From Vitrella brassicaformis CCMP3155 (lineage: Eukaryota > Protista > Chromerida), in contig CDMY01000631.1 of NCBI GenBank assembly GCA_001179505.1, positions 1 through 38,944 of the forward strand: 38,944 nucleotides of DNA. The letters are read 5' to 3'. The notes beneath the pieces are model-generated. The model searched no databases and was not told the DNA's origin. It saw nothing but the letters and a program-made list of their open reading frames with translations. Both the position numbers and the translations under genes were made by a program. Positions 9,064-26,776 of the stretch are shown here, one piece after another. Within the stretch, counting starts at the first letter, position 1. Each line of letters begins with the position of its first letter.

Positions 9064-10956
9064 ATGAGCCGAAGGCGAAATGGGCAGTACCTGTCTGACG
9101 ATGTCCTGAGAGCCTTTTCAAGGGTGGGTACTGCTGCCGGCAGGTGCCCCCTGCTGTGCTGCACTGTGTGTGCGCGTGTGTGTGTGTCGGTCAGGGTGTG
9201 GACGCCGCGCGAAGGGGCGAGGTGTCGGACCTGCTGCACAGGTTGCGGACACTGCAGTCGCGCGACACCGACAGTGGTGATGGTGATGATAACGTCGACA
9301 CGAGAGGCAGGGGGAACGGTGAGTGCAGTGCAGTGTGCAGTGCAGTAGAGTACAGACTCTCACACAGACGCACCCACTGTGGCTCGGCTCTCCGGTTGTT
9401 GATGCAATCAATGCAGATGTACAGGCGGCCGAGGAGAGAGGCAGGGGCAGGAGGCGCGTGCACGGCCGGGTGGACGCTACCGCTATCGAAGGCAAACGGC
9501 TCGCTGAGCTGCTCGCCCAGAACTGCGGTGAGGTAGAGAGGAAGAAAGAAACAAAGTAGAAAAGTGGCTCGATTGCTGGGCATGGTTATTTATTGCCCTC
9601 CTGGTGTGTGTGTGTGCCTGTGTGCGTGTGTGTGTGTGGCCATTCATTCAGGTGCGTGTCTGATGGAGATGCGTGACAGCGATGCGTTCGCGTCGACGTC
9701 TGCTTCTGCTTCTGCCTCCGCTTCGGCCAGTGCCACCAGCGCCAGTGCTGAGAGTGCGAGGGCCGATCAGCTGGGGCTGATCGACTCGTGTGAGCATGTC
9801 TTCCACACCTCATGCATACAGGTGGGCGGGGCGGTTTACCAACACACGTACACAAGTGCGACCCACAGGCATCGGTGCTTCTCCTTGTGTGTGGGGTGTG
9901 GGGTGCGCGATGTGTCAGCGTTGGTGCGCCAAGGAGACTTCTTGCCCACAGGTTGGTTGGTCCTTGTGTGCGGGAGGGAAAGCATCTACATATTCGTTCG
10001 ACCCTCTCTGTTTGCCTGATTTCTTGTCCCCCCCGTCGTCAACTGTTGTCTCAGTGCAAGCGGCCCTGTTGCGCCATCATATCCTATAACAAGGCCGACG
10101 GCTCGCACATCGACACTGTAAGCTAAGCGGTGGCTCACTCGTACACGCACACGTGCGTCCGCTCGATGGATGGATGGATGGACGGACGCCCCATGCCTGT
10201 TTGTTACTCGTGCAGGTGTTTCTCGAATCCCGCCGTCTGGTGGACTCCCCCGACCTCTATGACGACCTCAGTGACCACAGCCTCGGGGACGACCAAGACG
10301 CCGCTTCCGACACTGACACAGACAACACAGAGACCACAGAGACGACGGAGACGACAGAGAGGGACTCGGTCCACAGCATGAGACACATGAATATGGAGCG
10401 AGACGATCGCAGCAGCAGCAGCGGCAGCAGCAGCAGCGGTGACGGCCGGTCGGTCATCGAAGTGGACGACTCGGTGCTGCAGGAAATGGCCGCCATGGCC
10501 GTACAAGCACAGCCACAGGCGCAGGGCGAGGCCGACTATGATTGCGATGACGGTACGTATGCCCGATCTCCATCCATCCATCCCATCCATCTGTCCACAC
10601 GTGGCTGGTTGGCTGGATGGCTCAGATGTGTTGTCTGGGAGTGAGTCATCGTATGATGGGCGAGAGGATGACCAGCAAGAGGAGGACGACGACTGGCAGC
10701 AGTGGATGCCCGAACCAGGTACGCCGCAGCTCAGCTCGTGTCCCTTTGTGTGTGTCCGCCTGGCCTGGCCCTTCCCCATTTGTGGGTGTGGGTGTCTGTG
10801 CCTGCAGGTTCTTGCCCTCGGATCGACATTAGGTTGCGCAGACAGCCCCCCGCCGACCTTCTTTCCGGCGATTTTGACCACTTGATCATTGCTCATGGCG
10901 AGGACAGCGACAGCGACCGTGACAGTGATGCTCTGTCTTTATCTGAAATCAGCTAG
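9064..10956 (+). CDS. RING-H2 finger protein (putative E3 ligase) with long acidic, Ser-rich C-terminus, ~9 exons
   Basis: Splicing yields NCGACLMEM...LGLIDSCEHVFHTSCIQRWCAKETSCPQCKRP (C3H2C3). Phases are consistent from ATG 9064 to TAG 10954-10956. Confidence 0.88.
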
Positions 10957-11386
10957 CTGATGGATCTGATCTATGTATGGGTGGGGGAAACGTACATCTG
11001 TTTTGTTCGTATGCGTGTGTGTCGGTCGGCACGGCATCGATGGAATAAAGTCTTTTTTGCGCATCGATGGACGCAAGGATGCGAGCACACACACATGGAT
11101 GGAGGGAGGGATGGATGGATGACAGAAATCTTTTGTTGCCCGGCGAGAGTGTGCGTGTACCATAACTTTTTTCGCGTGGGTATGTTCGTTCGTGTCGTCC
11201 TCGGATTGAACTGACACCTACAGAGAGAGTGCCGAGTGGCGTCAATTTTGTCCACGCACACACGAATTGAACACGGCCACGCCACACACATCCATCCATC
11301 CACTGACGCGCGCACACACAGACATATATGTCACAAAATCAGACCGCCTTCAAAACACCCACACCACCACATGACATCCCTCACAT

Positions 11387-15494
<4,108 letters not shown>

Positions 15495-15651
15495 CGCTCC
15501 CACGCCTCCTTTCAGACGACAACTGACGCCGCCACGTGGTTGCACTTGTTGTCCGACGGGTAGAGCGGCCGCTCCTCTCGCCACTGTCTGGTGTGCCCTG
15601 GTCCTCGCCACACAACACAGAAAGGAAGCACAGAACCGCCAGCACATGCAC

Positions 15652-15668
15652 TGCGAGCTTTGCGAGCT
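15652..15668 (+). promoter_or_regulatory. Two tandem TGCGAGCT motifs (KARS/PAN2 divergent interval)
   Basis: ctgcgagctttgcgagcttt: copies at 15652-15659 and 15661-15668. Confidence 0.6.
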
Positions 15669-15781
15669 TTGGAAGGGAATTGAAAAAAAAGAGGAGGAGG
15701 ATGGCGGATTGTGCACGTGTGGGCGGAGGGAGGGGAGGCGGAGGTGAGATCACGTGATTGCTGGTTGATATTGATCTACAG

Positions 15782-15935
15782 GTACACAGACACAGACAGA
15801 CAGGCAGACAGGCAGACAGGCAGACAGACAGGCAGGCGGGGCAGAAAGGCGGACAGAGATGGGCGGACAGACGATTGATCCATTCATGAGTTTATCTCTC
15901 TCTGTCTGTCTGTCTGTCTGTGTGTCTGTGTGCAG
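15782..15935 (+). other. Probable PAN2 5'UTR intron with terminal inverted microsatellites
   Basis: cag|gtacac ... tgtgcag|; ACACAGACACA (15784-15794) is the reverse complement of TGTGTCTGTGT (15921-15931). Confidence 0.7.
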
Positions 15936-15958
15936 GAGGCTGGATCGTTTGTGTGTGT

Positions 15959-16674
15959 ATGTCCCTGCCTCCCCGCGGCGCCCTGCACCCCCAACCACAC
16001 CCACACCCACACCATGACTTCATCGACGGCACCGGCAATGTCAATCTCATGGGTGCGAGATGGATCGATGGATGGATGGATGCATGGATGGATCAGTCCA
16101 TCACACACACACACACACACACACAACCTGCATGCCCGTGTCGCTCACCCGCAGGTGGTCACCATGACTATGCGGCGGCCACGGGTGCCACCATGGACGG
16201 CCATGCTGGCATGATGCACCACACTCACGAGTGGGGCCACGGTCATGGCCATCCATACCACCCTCACCCTCTGCACTACGGTGCTGCTGTTGCTGCCGCT
16301 GGTCCTGGTCCTGGTGGTGTTGAAGGGGGCGGTGAGCACGAGATCGATCAGCAGCAGCAGCAGCCGCCTGGGGCTGCTGGAGGTGGGGGTGGGGGTGGGG
16401 TGCAGTGGCACGAGGGGCTCTACTATGTCGACGAGAGCGGAGCCGCGGTCAGTCAGCTGGCTGGCACCGTCACACACACGTGCAAATCAGACTATATGCA
16501 CATCAGAATTGTGTGTGTGTGTGTTTGTCTGATGAATGGAATGCTGTGTGAGTGAGTGCAGGACACCCCCACGTTGTGCCGATTCGACCCTTACGAAGAG
16601 CTCATTTGGCTTGGTGAGCTGAGCCAGTGGGTGGGTGGGTTGGTCGGGGGGTGGGCTGAGTGAGAATCCATCCC

Positions 16675-16722
<48 letters not shown>

Positions 16723-18609
16723 TGGCAGGCACCCGATCCTCCCGGCTGTGTTCGCTGTCTCTGCCCAATCTCGCGCGACACACGGCTTTCCCTCTCCCCG
16801 GTAGGTGATGGGTTGGCGGGGGGGGGGGTTCCATTGAATGACACACGTGTGCACAAGGCACATATATAAACCACAATGAATGTTCCGCGTGTGCAGGTGA
16901 CGGGAGCGCCAGAGGCCTGGTTTTCGGCGAGGAGGGCGTCCTGGCGGTAGGCGAGCATCCACACACGGATGGATGGATGGATGGGCGTCTGCCTGCCTGT
17001 ATCGATGCGATGCAGCTGACAGACAAGTGCCTTCACTTCTGCACACGTGGGGGCGCGCCCATGACGCTGCTCGAGCACGGAACAGCTTCACGGTACAGCC
17101 CCCACACCCACAGAGGGAGAGACAGAGAGAGACAGAAATCGTATGTGTGTGTGTGTGCACAGCTTGTGTTCCGAGGGCAACCGGCTCCTGGCGATGGACA
17201 TCTACCACCGCCCCCACAGCGAGTCCCAAGCCAACATGATCGTCTGTGGCGGGGAGCGGCCGACTCTGTTCTTCCTCGACATCAACCTGGGCACTCTCGC
17301 CTTCGCCATGGACCTCACACACGGCGTCTATAGCATGTACGAGCCTGGCGTGTGCACACGTGTGTGGGGCTGAGTGGCTTGCTCTCTCTCCGTGTGTGTG
17401 TGGTGGGCGTCAGGTGCGCGGGGCCGTCGCATCTGTGTCTGGGGGGCACCGACGGGAGGGTCTCATTCATGGGTATGTGGGACTCCCACACACACACAGA
17501 GAGAGAGAGAGAGAGACATACGTGTGTGTGTGTGTGTGTGTAGACTATAGAGTGCCCAAAGTGGTTTGCACCCTGGCCGCCCACTCAGGATACGTCACCT
17601 CAGTCACCGAACAGGGTGCGTGCTCGTCGTCTTCACACACAGACACACACACACACATAAAGGCGATTGCGTGCGTGTGCAGGTCCCTTTGTGGCCACGT
17701 GTGGCGTCTCCCCCTCTGCGCGAGGCGGCAAGAGCAGCATCGACGACACTGCTAGTGTGTCGTGCGACCCCTTCGTCAAGGTCTTCGACATGCGGATGAG
17801 GAGAGAGACGCATCCGTANNNNNNNNNNNNNNNNNNNNNNNNNNNNNNNNNNNNNNNNNNNNNNNNNNNNNNNNNNNNNNNNNNNNNNNNNNNNNNNNNN
17901 NNNNNNNNNNNNNNNNNNNNNNNNNNNNNNNNNNNNNNNNNNNNNNNNNNNNNNNNNNNNNNNNNNNNNNNNNNNNNNNNNNNNNNNNNNNNNNNNNNNN
18001 NNNNNNNNNNNNNNNNNNNNNNNNNNNNNNNNNNNNNNNNNNNNNNNNNNNNNNNNNNNNNNNNNNNNNNNNNNNNNNNNNNNNNNNNNNNNNNNNNNNN
18101 NNNNNNNNNNNNNNNNNNCCCCCCCCCCCCCCCCCCCCCCCCAACACACACAGACAGAGAAAGCGAGAGAGACAGACATTTACGTGTGCGTGATTGTGTG
18201 TGGGTGCATCACATCTGTGGCAGTGTGCCCATGCCGTACGGTGCGTCGTGCTGCCGGTTCCACCCCTCCCTGCCCACTTACCTCATCGTCGCCAGCGGCT
18301 CGGGCTTCTGGCAGACCGTCCAGGTGCAGTGCGGGGTGCACGAACCGCAACCGCTCGCAAGGCTCGTGAGACACGTGGTGTTGTGTGTGTCAGCTTGACC
18401 CTGACGGCGTCACCTCACAGGGAGAGTTCTCGCGGATACCGACGTTGCAGGTCAGTCAGTCGCTAGTCGGCAGTCGGTCTGACTGTCTCTTGTATATTTA
18501 CTGACAAACAGGGCTCGCTGCAGAGCTTCGATATATCGTCCAATGGAATGTGTCTGGCATTCAGCGACAGCTCTCAAGGCGCGCGCATACACATACAGAG
18601 AGAGGGGGG

Positions 18610-18640
<31 letters not shown>

Positions 18641-19898
18641 AGAGACGCCTGGGTGCGACAGACAATGGGTGTGACCATGTCATGTGTGGCGTGCAGGTGT
18701 GCATCTGTATGTGGCGGACCCCTCATCGCCCCCCCAGGCCAACGCATTCTCAAACCCCACTCTCATGCCAACAGTACATGTCATCACACACCACACCACA
18801 CACACAAGTGCAACAAGTGCAACAAACAAATTGTCGTTGTGTGCAGGTGACCCACCACCCCGTCTACGCCTCCCAGCCGATCGACACGCCCGACGGCTCC
18901 TCTCTCTGGGGGCCCATACACGTGAGCGCCAGTCAGACTGGCCACGCACAGCACAGCACAATGTTTGTGTGCCTCCCTCTCCGTCTGTCGTGTCGTGTGG
19001 TGTGTGTGCGTGCGTGTGTGCGTGCAGTTCTCATCGCCTCTGTGTGAGACGGGTGACCCGCTGCTGTCTGACACGTGGGGCGGGGACGGCGTATACGCCG
19101 TGGGACAGGTCAGTCAGTCAGCACAGACACCCACACCCACACCGGCGCCCACGTGCGCACTCACACACGTGTGCTGTGCGCAGCGCACAGGTAAATGTTG
19201 TGTTGTCGTTGATGTGTGTTCGTAGGTCCGGCCGCCTGTCGATTTGCCGGAGGGCGTGCTGTCCCGCCTCAAGATGGTGGAGTTCATGGGCCACGCGCAG
19301 AACACTGGTAGGTGGAATTGATGGGGGGGTGGGTGGCTGCCCCCCTCGTTCGTCTGTGTCCATGTGTGTGTGTGTGTGGTGGTGGTGGTGCAGAGGGCTG
19401 GCCGACCAACTCGTTTGTCTTCGGCGTGGCCAAGATCCAGGACAGAGCACGGTAGGCACCAACACCACACACCACACCCTCACCCTCGCGCACACAAGCT
19501 AAGCTGCGTATGTATGTGTGTGTGTGTGCCAGGGGTGGTGCCGCTGCGAAGAGGGGCAAGCGCGGCCGGCGGGGCGGACCACAGGTGCTTGAGGGGGGNN
19601 NNNNNNNNNNNNNNNNNNNNNNNNNNNNNNNNNNNNNNNNNNNNNNNNNNNNNNNNNNNNNNNNNNNNNNNNNNNNNNNNNNNNNNNNNNNNNNNNNNNN
19701 NNNNNNNNNNNNNNNNNNNNNNNNNNNNNNNNNNNNNNNNNNNNNNNNNNNNNNNNNNNNNNNNNNNNNNNNNNNNNNNNNNNNNNNNNNNNNNNNNNNN
19801 NNNNNNNNNNNNNNNNNNNNNNNNNNNNNNNNNNNNNNNNNNNNNNNNNNNNNNNNNNNNNNNNNNNNNNNNNNNNNNNNNNNNNNNNNNNNNNNNNN

Positions 19899-19936
<38 letters not shown>

Positions 19937-21616
19937 TGCACACACACACATCCGCTAATGGAATGTGTGTGTGCGCGTGTGTGTGTGTGTGTCTGTGTCG
20001 ACACACACATCCGCGCAGGCTAGCGGCAGTGCCCTTGAGAAGGTGACCGAGGAGGGCGCCGGCGAGTTTGGCGGCCCGGTGCCGGCCAAGTACCGCTTCA
20101 CGCCCGTCACTCTCACCAAGTGAAGTGGGGTGGGTGGGGCGGTGGGCCGGTGGAGTGTAGTGCATGCGATCTCTATGTGTGTGTGTGTGTGTGTGTGCGG
20201 TAGACTTGGTGTGGAGCACTTCAACTTCGCCGCATACAACCGCACCCACTTCGCCGGTTGGTCTGTCTCTCTGTCTGTCTGTCTGTCTGTGTTGGGTGCT
20301 CGATGCCTCCGACGGCATGCACCCATTTCTCTCTCTCTCTCTCTCTCTCTCACTCTGTCTGTCTCTCTGTCTGTCTGTGTGTCTGTCTGTCGTGCATACG
20401 GCGAAGGTTTGGAGAACGGCAGTCCCTTTGACTTCATGCACCCGCTGCTGATGTTCCTCTACTTCATCCCACACGTCAAGGACACCCTCACACAACACGT
20501 CTGCGAACAGGTTCGGTGGTTCGTGTGGGCTCTGTGTCAATGTCAATGTCAATGTCAATGTGTGTGTGTGTGTGTGTGGTTGTGTGGTTGTGTGGTTGGG
20601 TGGTCTGTTCAGGAGTTCTGCCTTGGCTGCGAGCTGGGCTTCCTCTTCCATATGCTCGACCTAGCAAGGTCCGCAAGCCCCCCCCCAACGCACACACACT
20701 TGCTTGCCTGTCTCTGTGTCTGCTGCGTAGAGAGGAGAAGACCGAGTGGGAGTCGATGGGCCGGCCTCGGTCGTCATCGTACGGCGGGCAGCTGACCTGT
20801 CAGACCACCAACTTCTTGCGGGCCTTCAAGCAGAGCCCGGAGGCAAGCGTCCTCGGTGAGTGAGTGCGGATGCGTGTGTGGGTGTGTGGGTATGTTGGAA
20901 GGCGCGCACGTGTGTGTGTGTGTGTGGTGGTGGTGGTGGGNNNNNNNNNNNNNNNNNNNNNNNNNNNNNNNNNNNNNNNNNNNNNNNNNNNNNNNNNNNN
21001 NNNNNNNNNNNNNNNNNNNNNNNNNNNNNNNNNNNNNNNNNNNNNNNNNNNNNNNNNNNNNNNNNNNNNNNNNNNNNNNNNNNNNNNNNNNNNNNNNNNN
21101 NNNNNNNNNNNNNNNNNNNNNNNNNNNNNNNNNNNNNNNNNNNNNNNNNNNNNNNNNNNNNNNNNNNNNNNNNNNNNNNNNNNNNNNNNNNNNNNNNNNN
21201 NNNNNNNNNNNNNNNNNNNNNNNNNNNNNNNNNNNNNNNNCCCCCCACACGTGTCTGTGAATATGTGTGTGGGGGCGGGGTGCAGGTGCGCCGCTGCGGA
21301 CAAGGAACATTTGTGTGTCCCACTCGCACGAGCAGACCCTCAGCGGCCGCACCTTCGTCACCGACCTGGTCTACCCCCAACCACCCACACAAACAACAAC
21401 AGCAGCCGACGTACACACACTCACACACGGAGAGAGGGAGAGGAAGTGTGTGAGCGTTGGTTGCGGTCTTTTTCTTTTATCAGCAGAAGCAGAAGGGCGC
21501 TGGTGGGCTGGCCTTCAGCGAGGTACTTGCAGCGTCGCTAAGGAGAGAGATGAAGAGCAAGGTACCACAGGCACCCGCACAGGCGCCCACGCCCACACCC
21601 ACGAAGTCCTCTTCTC

Positions 21617-21651
<35 letters not shown>

Positions 21652-24429
21652 CGCGTGTGTGTGCAGGGCTACTGCAAGGACTGCCAGAAGCAGACGCGAA
21701 TGCGGCACATACGCGAGGCACGCACCGCATCCACGGGCCCACTCCCCTCCCCTCCACTCACACACACAGACAGACAGACACACACACACATCTGTGCCGC
21801 ATGTCTGTCTGTCTGTATGTGTCCCCGGTACGTGTGTTCCCTCCCTCCCTCTCAGCTGTGGGGCTATCCACAGGTGCTCGCACTCAACTGCAACGCCCAC
21901 GAACAGACACAGGTGCGTAGCAGCGCAATGAACGAGTGGATGGATGGCTAGATGAGCCCATGCATGATTCATGTGTCAAAACAGGCGTCTGTGTGGCGGG
22001 CTCCCTCCTTCCTCCCCCCCTGTGTGCACATCCAAGTGCCCAGCGCAGAGGACGGCACTGTGGCCGTAAGCCTGCACACACGCACACACACACATATACA
22101 GGCAGGCAGACAGACAGACAGAGAGGCGGCTGGGCTGCGCTGATGAATCCCTTTGACAAGTCACATATGTTAGAATGCTAGAGGCCGTAGAGGCGGCCGT
22201 GTGCATAACGAGATAGTAGAACTGAGCAGCCCTTCAGTCACCCCCACTCACACCCACGCCCACACCCACACAGATGCATGCCGTCCACCGATCTATCTCC
22301 CTCCCTCCCGACCTCCCTCCCTCCCTCCCTCCCTCTGTGTGTGTGTGTGGCAGCCGTGTGTGCGTGTGGACCCCTTACCCGGCTGTGTGCCCTACGACCT
22401 GATCGGCGTGATATTCCGCGTGGCCGAGGAGTTTCGCAATGCGGACACAGACACGCATCTGGTGCTGCACGTCAGGTGAGCTGAGCGAGCGAGCAGGCAA
22501 ACCTGCCTCCATCCATCCACCCTCCCATCCTCGTATGGTCCTGGGGCTGTGCTGTGCAGGGTCCCAGCGTCGTACCAGGGCCAGCAGCAGCAGCAGCCGC
22601 CTCGGCAGCAGCAGGAGAGTGGTGGAGTCGCCGGCAGCGCTGTCCCCTGCTCCCCGCCGATCCACACTGGCGGTAGGTACTCGTGTGTGTGTGTGTGTGT
22701 GTGTGTTGTGAATGGATGTGTCGACGCAAGAATAATGACTGTGTGTGCGATGGCAGGCGCACCGAGCGATGCGGAGTTCGTTACGCCGATGCGGGAGCAC
22801 AGAGGAGACGGTAGGTGTGTCTGTCCATGGACACACACACACACACGCACACACACACGTGTCCATCTCCCCCCTCTCTCTGTGCTGTGTGTGTGTTCCG
22901 TTTCAGTGTCGCCGCTTTTCTCGCCCTCTTCATTCAAGAGCGCACAAGAAGGCACGCCTTCCACCCCCCCCAACACCCCCAACACACACACACCCCCATT
23001 CATCTGCACACACCTGCCCTGCAGGAGACGACACAGCAGCACCACCGACAGCAGCAGGAGGAGACAAGGTCAAGGTCGTCGTCACACCTGCTGCTCCTGC
23101 TCCTGCTGATCGTTCTGGAGCTCGAGCAGAATGGGACGCTGCTGCTGGTGCTGCCGAACCACCGCCGTGAGAAGATACACGCACACACACACACACACAA
23201 TATGGCAAGGGTGTCTCTCTGTGTGTGCGTGTGGGGCGATGGACAGTTCTGCGGCTGATCGTGCTGGTGATGGTGATGGTAATGGTGAGGGTGAGGGTGG
23301 CGGCGGCCGCGGGAGAGAGAACGGGGTGCCGTCGCCTGTGCTCACCCACCAGGCTGAACCCACCACTCTCTTCCCTGAGCCATCAACAGCATCAACACGG
23401 GCCGGTCAGTTCCCTCCATTCCCTCCACACAAACATTCACCCACCCATGTGTGTGCCGATGTCTGCAGATCGTCCGTCTCATTCTCAGCAGCAGCAGCAG
23501 CAGCGTCAGCGACACGTGTCGACTCTCAGCGGCGTGTCGACGCTCACCACCGGCGAGACCGACGAGCAAGAGCAGGATCAGGATGAGGAGTGTGGCCAGC
23601 CGACGACGCCCCTCCCGCCGCCGCAGCAGCAACAACAAGAAGATGATAAGCAGAGAGGTGGGTGGGTGAGCTGGTGGCTGGCACACACACGTGTGTGTGG
23701 GGTGGGTGGATGCGTTGCAGCCCCCGAGCAGCAAGGACCTGTTGCGCAGCAGGACCAGGACCAGCAGCAACCACAGCCACAGCAGCAGCAGCAGCAAGAG
23801 AGAGGTACTCATGCGGACAATCTCCCGTCCCGCGCATATTCTCTCTCTCTCCCCGCCCTCTCTCCGTGTGTGCGTGCAGGTGACCGCTGGCTTACCTTCA
23901 ACGACTTCGTCATCACACCCTCGGACCTTACAGAGGTACATCACGTCAGATTCATTCCCCCCNNNNNNNNNNNNNNNNNNNNNNNNNNNNNNNNNNNNNN
24001 NNNNNNNNNNNNNNNNNNNNNNNNNNNNNNNNNNNNNNNNNNNNNNNNNNNNNNNNNNNNNNNNNNNNNNNNNNNNNNNNNNNNNNNNNNNNNNNNNNNN
24101 NNNNNNNNNNNNNNNNNNNNNNNNNNNNNNNNNNNNNNNNNNNNNNNNNNNNNNNNNNNNNNNNNNNNNNNNNNNNNNNNNNNNNNNNNNNNNNNNNNNN
24201 NNNNNNNNNNNNNNNNNNNNNNNNNNNNNNNNNNNNNNNNNNNNNNNNNNNNNNNNNNNNNNCCCCCCCCCCCCCCCCCACCCCCCGTGTGATCGTGGGA
24301 TGACCACCCTCACGATACGTGGGCGCAGGTGGTCGATTTCACTGCGGACTGGAAGGTGCCTGCGTGCGCCTTCTACGCCAGAAGGGGGACGCCTGAGCCA
24401 CCCACCACCACCACCAGCAAAGAGGTGCA

Positions 24430-24463
<34 letters not shown>

Positions 24464-26359
24464 TCAAAACGTCTGCGTGTGTGTGTGTGTGTGTGACTGT
24501 GGCGTGCAGCCGCCTGTGCCAGTGCCCCCATCAGGACCATCAGCGTCTCCCCCTCCGCCATGCCGGAAGCGCCAGTGCCCCATTTCTCTCACTCTGTTCC
24601 AAACGGACGAAAACCTCAGCCAAAACCAACACGTACATACGCACGTGTCAAGTGAAGAGCGCAGCGCAGCACATACGCTTGGCTGTCTGTTGACGCCCAT
24701 CCCATTAATACCTGTCGTGTGTCTCGGTCGTTGTGACGACGGACGGACGAACAGGCTCTCTCGAGCCCGCCCTCATTCACCCGGTCGGTCCGCACACGAG
24801 TGCTGCAGTGGCTGGCTGCACCATGCTCTCTCCCATGTCATGTGTGTATGCCTTGCCTTTGATTCTCTCAGGCTTGGTCAGAGTGAGATTGCCCGCCTGA
24901 TGTCCGAGCCACAGGTGCAATGCGGTGCACTTGACTGACCTGCAGACACGTGACACACGTGTTGTGTTGACCTGCACGCGGGTCTGTATACCAACTATAG
25001 GGTCTGCTGGTGGCGCTCGACGCGGAGTTCGTCGCGCTGGAGCTCGAGGCCGCCGAGATTCGGTGCGTATCATTGGCTGCAGCACACACACGCACTCACT
25101 CTCTCTCTCTGTGTATGTGGTGCAGTGAGGACGGCAGCAAGCTCGTGCTCAAGCCCTCACACCTTTCGCTTGCAAGGTCATCGGGTGTGTCTGTCTGGGG
25201 TGTACTCTCTCCCTCCACACACCCACACAGACGCATGTGTGTGTGTGTGTGTGTCATGTCATTGTGTGCAGGGTGTCTGTGGTGCGTGGCGAGGGGCCTC
25301 TGGAGGGAGTGCCGCTCATCGACCACTACATCCACACAAAGGTAGGTAGGTCTGTCTGCCCGTCAGCCTGTCTGTCTGTCTTTGTGCCTCTGCCTTGGCG
25401 AGTGTGGTGTGAAGTGATGCGTGCGTGTGTGTGTGTGGTTAGGACACTGTCCGGGACTATCTGACCCGGTTCAGCGGGCTGAAGCCGGGGGACCTCGACC
25501 CGCTGCACTGCAGGTACAGTACGGCCACACCACACCACACCACACCACACGCACACACAGCTCTCTCTTGGCGTGTGTGTGTGTGCTTAATGAAGGCACT
25601 GGCTGACGACCAAAAAGTCGATATATCAGAAGCTGAGATTTCTGGTCGACATGGGGTGCAGGTGAGATGAGACGTGGCTGAGAGAGTGAGAGAGAGAGAG
25701 AGGAGAGCAATGGCCGGCCACCCGTAAATTTCTTGTGCAGGTTTGTTGGCCACGGCTTGCGTAAGGACTTCCGCATCATCAACATACTTGTGCCGTCACA
25801 CCAGGTGGGATGTGGTGTGCACAATGAGCTGAGCGCACACACGCCATTTGACTGTGGTGTGCCACCGTCCGTCACACACAGATCATCGACACAGTGGACC
25901 TCTTCTACCTCCCCGGTCAGCCAACCAGTGCCAGCCACCAGTGCACCACACACGACAGACACCTGTCCGCCTGCCTCTGTATGTGTGTGTGTGTGTGTGT
26001 GTGCAGGGCAGCGGCGTCTGTCTCTCAAGTTCCTCGCCGCCCACCTGCTCAACACGGCCATACAGCAAGGGACGCACGACAGTGTGGAAGACGCCAAGAC
26101 CGCCCTGCGCATATACAGGCACGCGACGCCACGCCCTCCCCCCTCCCCCCGGCACAACACCTGCACACACCTGCCTGCCTGCCTGCCTGCCTGTGTAGCT
26201 TGACCATCCATCCATCCATCCATGTGTGTGTGTCTGCGCGTCGGGTGCTTTGTGTGGTGTGTGTGCAGAAGGTGGGAGGAGCTGCAAGCCAGCGGCCTGC
26301 TGCACGACGTCATCCGGCACCTTTACGGCATCGGATACCAATCCAACTGGAAAGTCTGA
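15959..26359 (+). CDS. PAN2: PAN2 deadenylase catalytic subunit (WD40, inactive UCH and DEDDh nuclease domains), ~38 exons, spans four N-gaps
   Basis: FDPYEELIWLG, DPFVKVFDMR, FNFAAYNRTHFAGLEN, CLGCELGFLFHMLD, WLTFNDF, WKVP, VALDAEFV, SLARVSVVRG, DYLTRFSGLKPGDLDP, FVGHGLRKDFRIIN, IDTVDLF, LSLKFLA, HDSVEDAKTALRIY; TGA at 26357-26359. An exon is probably hidden in gap 20941-21240. Confidence 0.96.
17819..24261. other. Four assembly gaps inside PAN2 (17819-18118, 19599-19898, 20941-21240, 23963-24261), each abutting G or C homopolymers
   Basis: N runs flanked by poly-C or poly-G, e.g. about 36 G from 19899 and about 24 C from 18119. Confidence 1.
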
Positions 26360-26776
26360 CTGACTCTGGGCCGTGCCGTGCCGTGTCGTGTGTGGTGAGT
26401 CGTGTCGTGGGTGTGGTTTGTCACATTAATGCGCCATTTGGTTGGTTGTCGTTTTATCGGTTTGTCGGTCGGGTGGAAGAGTAAGTGAGTGTTTTTCGTC
26501 CGGGACTTTGTCGCGTCTGCCTGGATCTGGACACACACACACGCACACACCCACACACACACACGCACACACCCACACATCTGGAAGTGGTGTCTGTCGA
26601 TGGTGTGACTTCATCCATGTCTGTGTCTGAACCCACAGACAGTCCCAACATATGGGAAAAAGTTCGACTTGACGAGAGTTGGTGTGTCTCTCGGCATGTG
26701 TGTGGACGCGAGAAGTGACACATGGTGACACACACACACGCACACACAACCGGACACAGACACCTGCAGGCCTCTA

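Noticed and set aside
15748-15758. ATCACGTGAT palindrome in the KRS/PAN2 interval as a specific E-box
   Set aside because: Single instance, and CACGTG is common throughout the introns.
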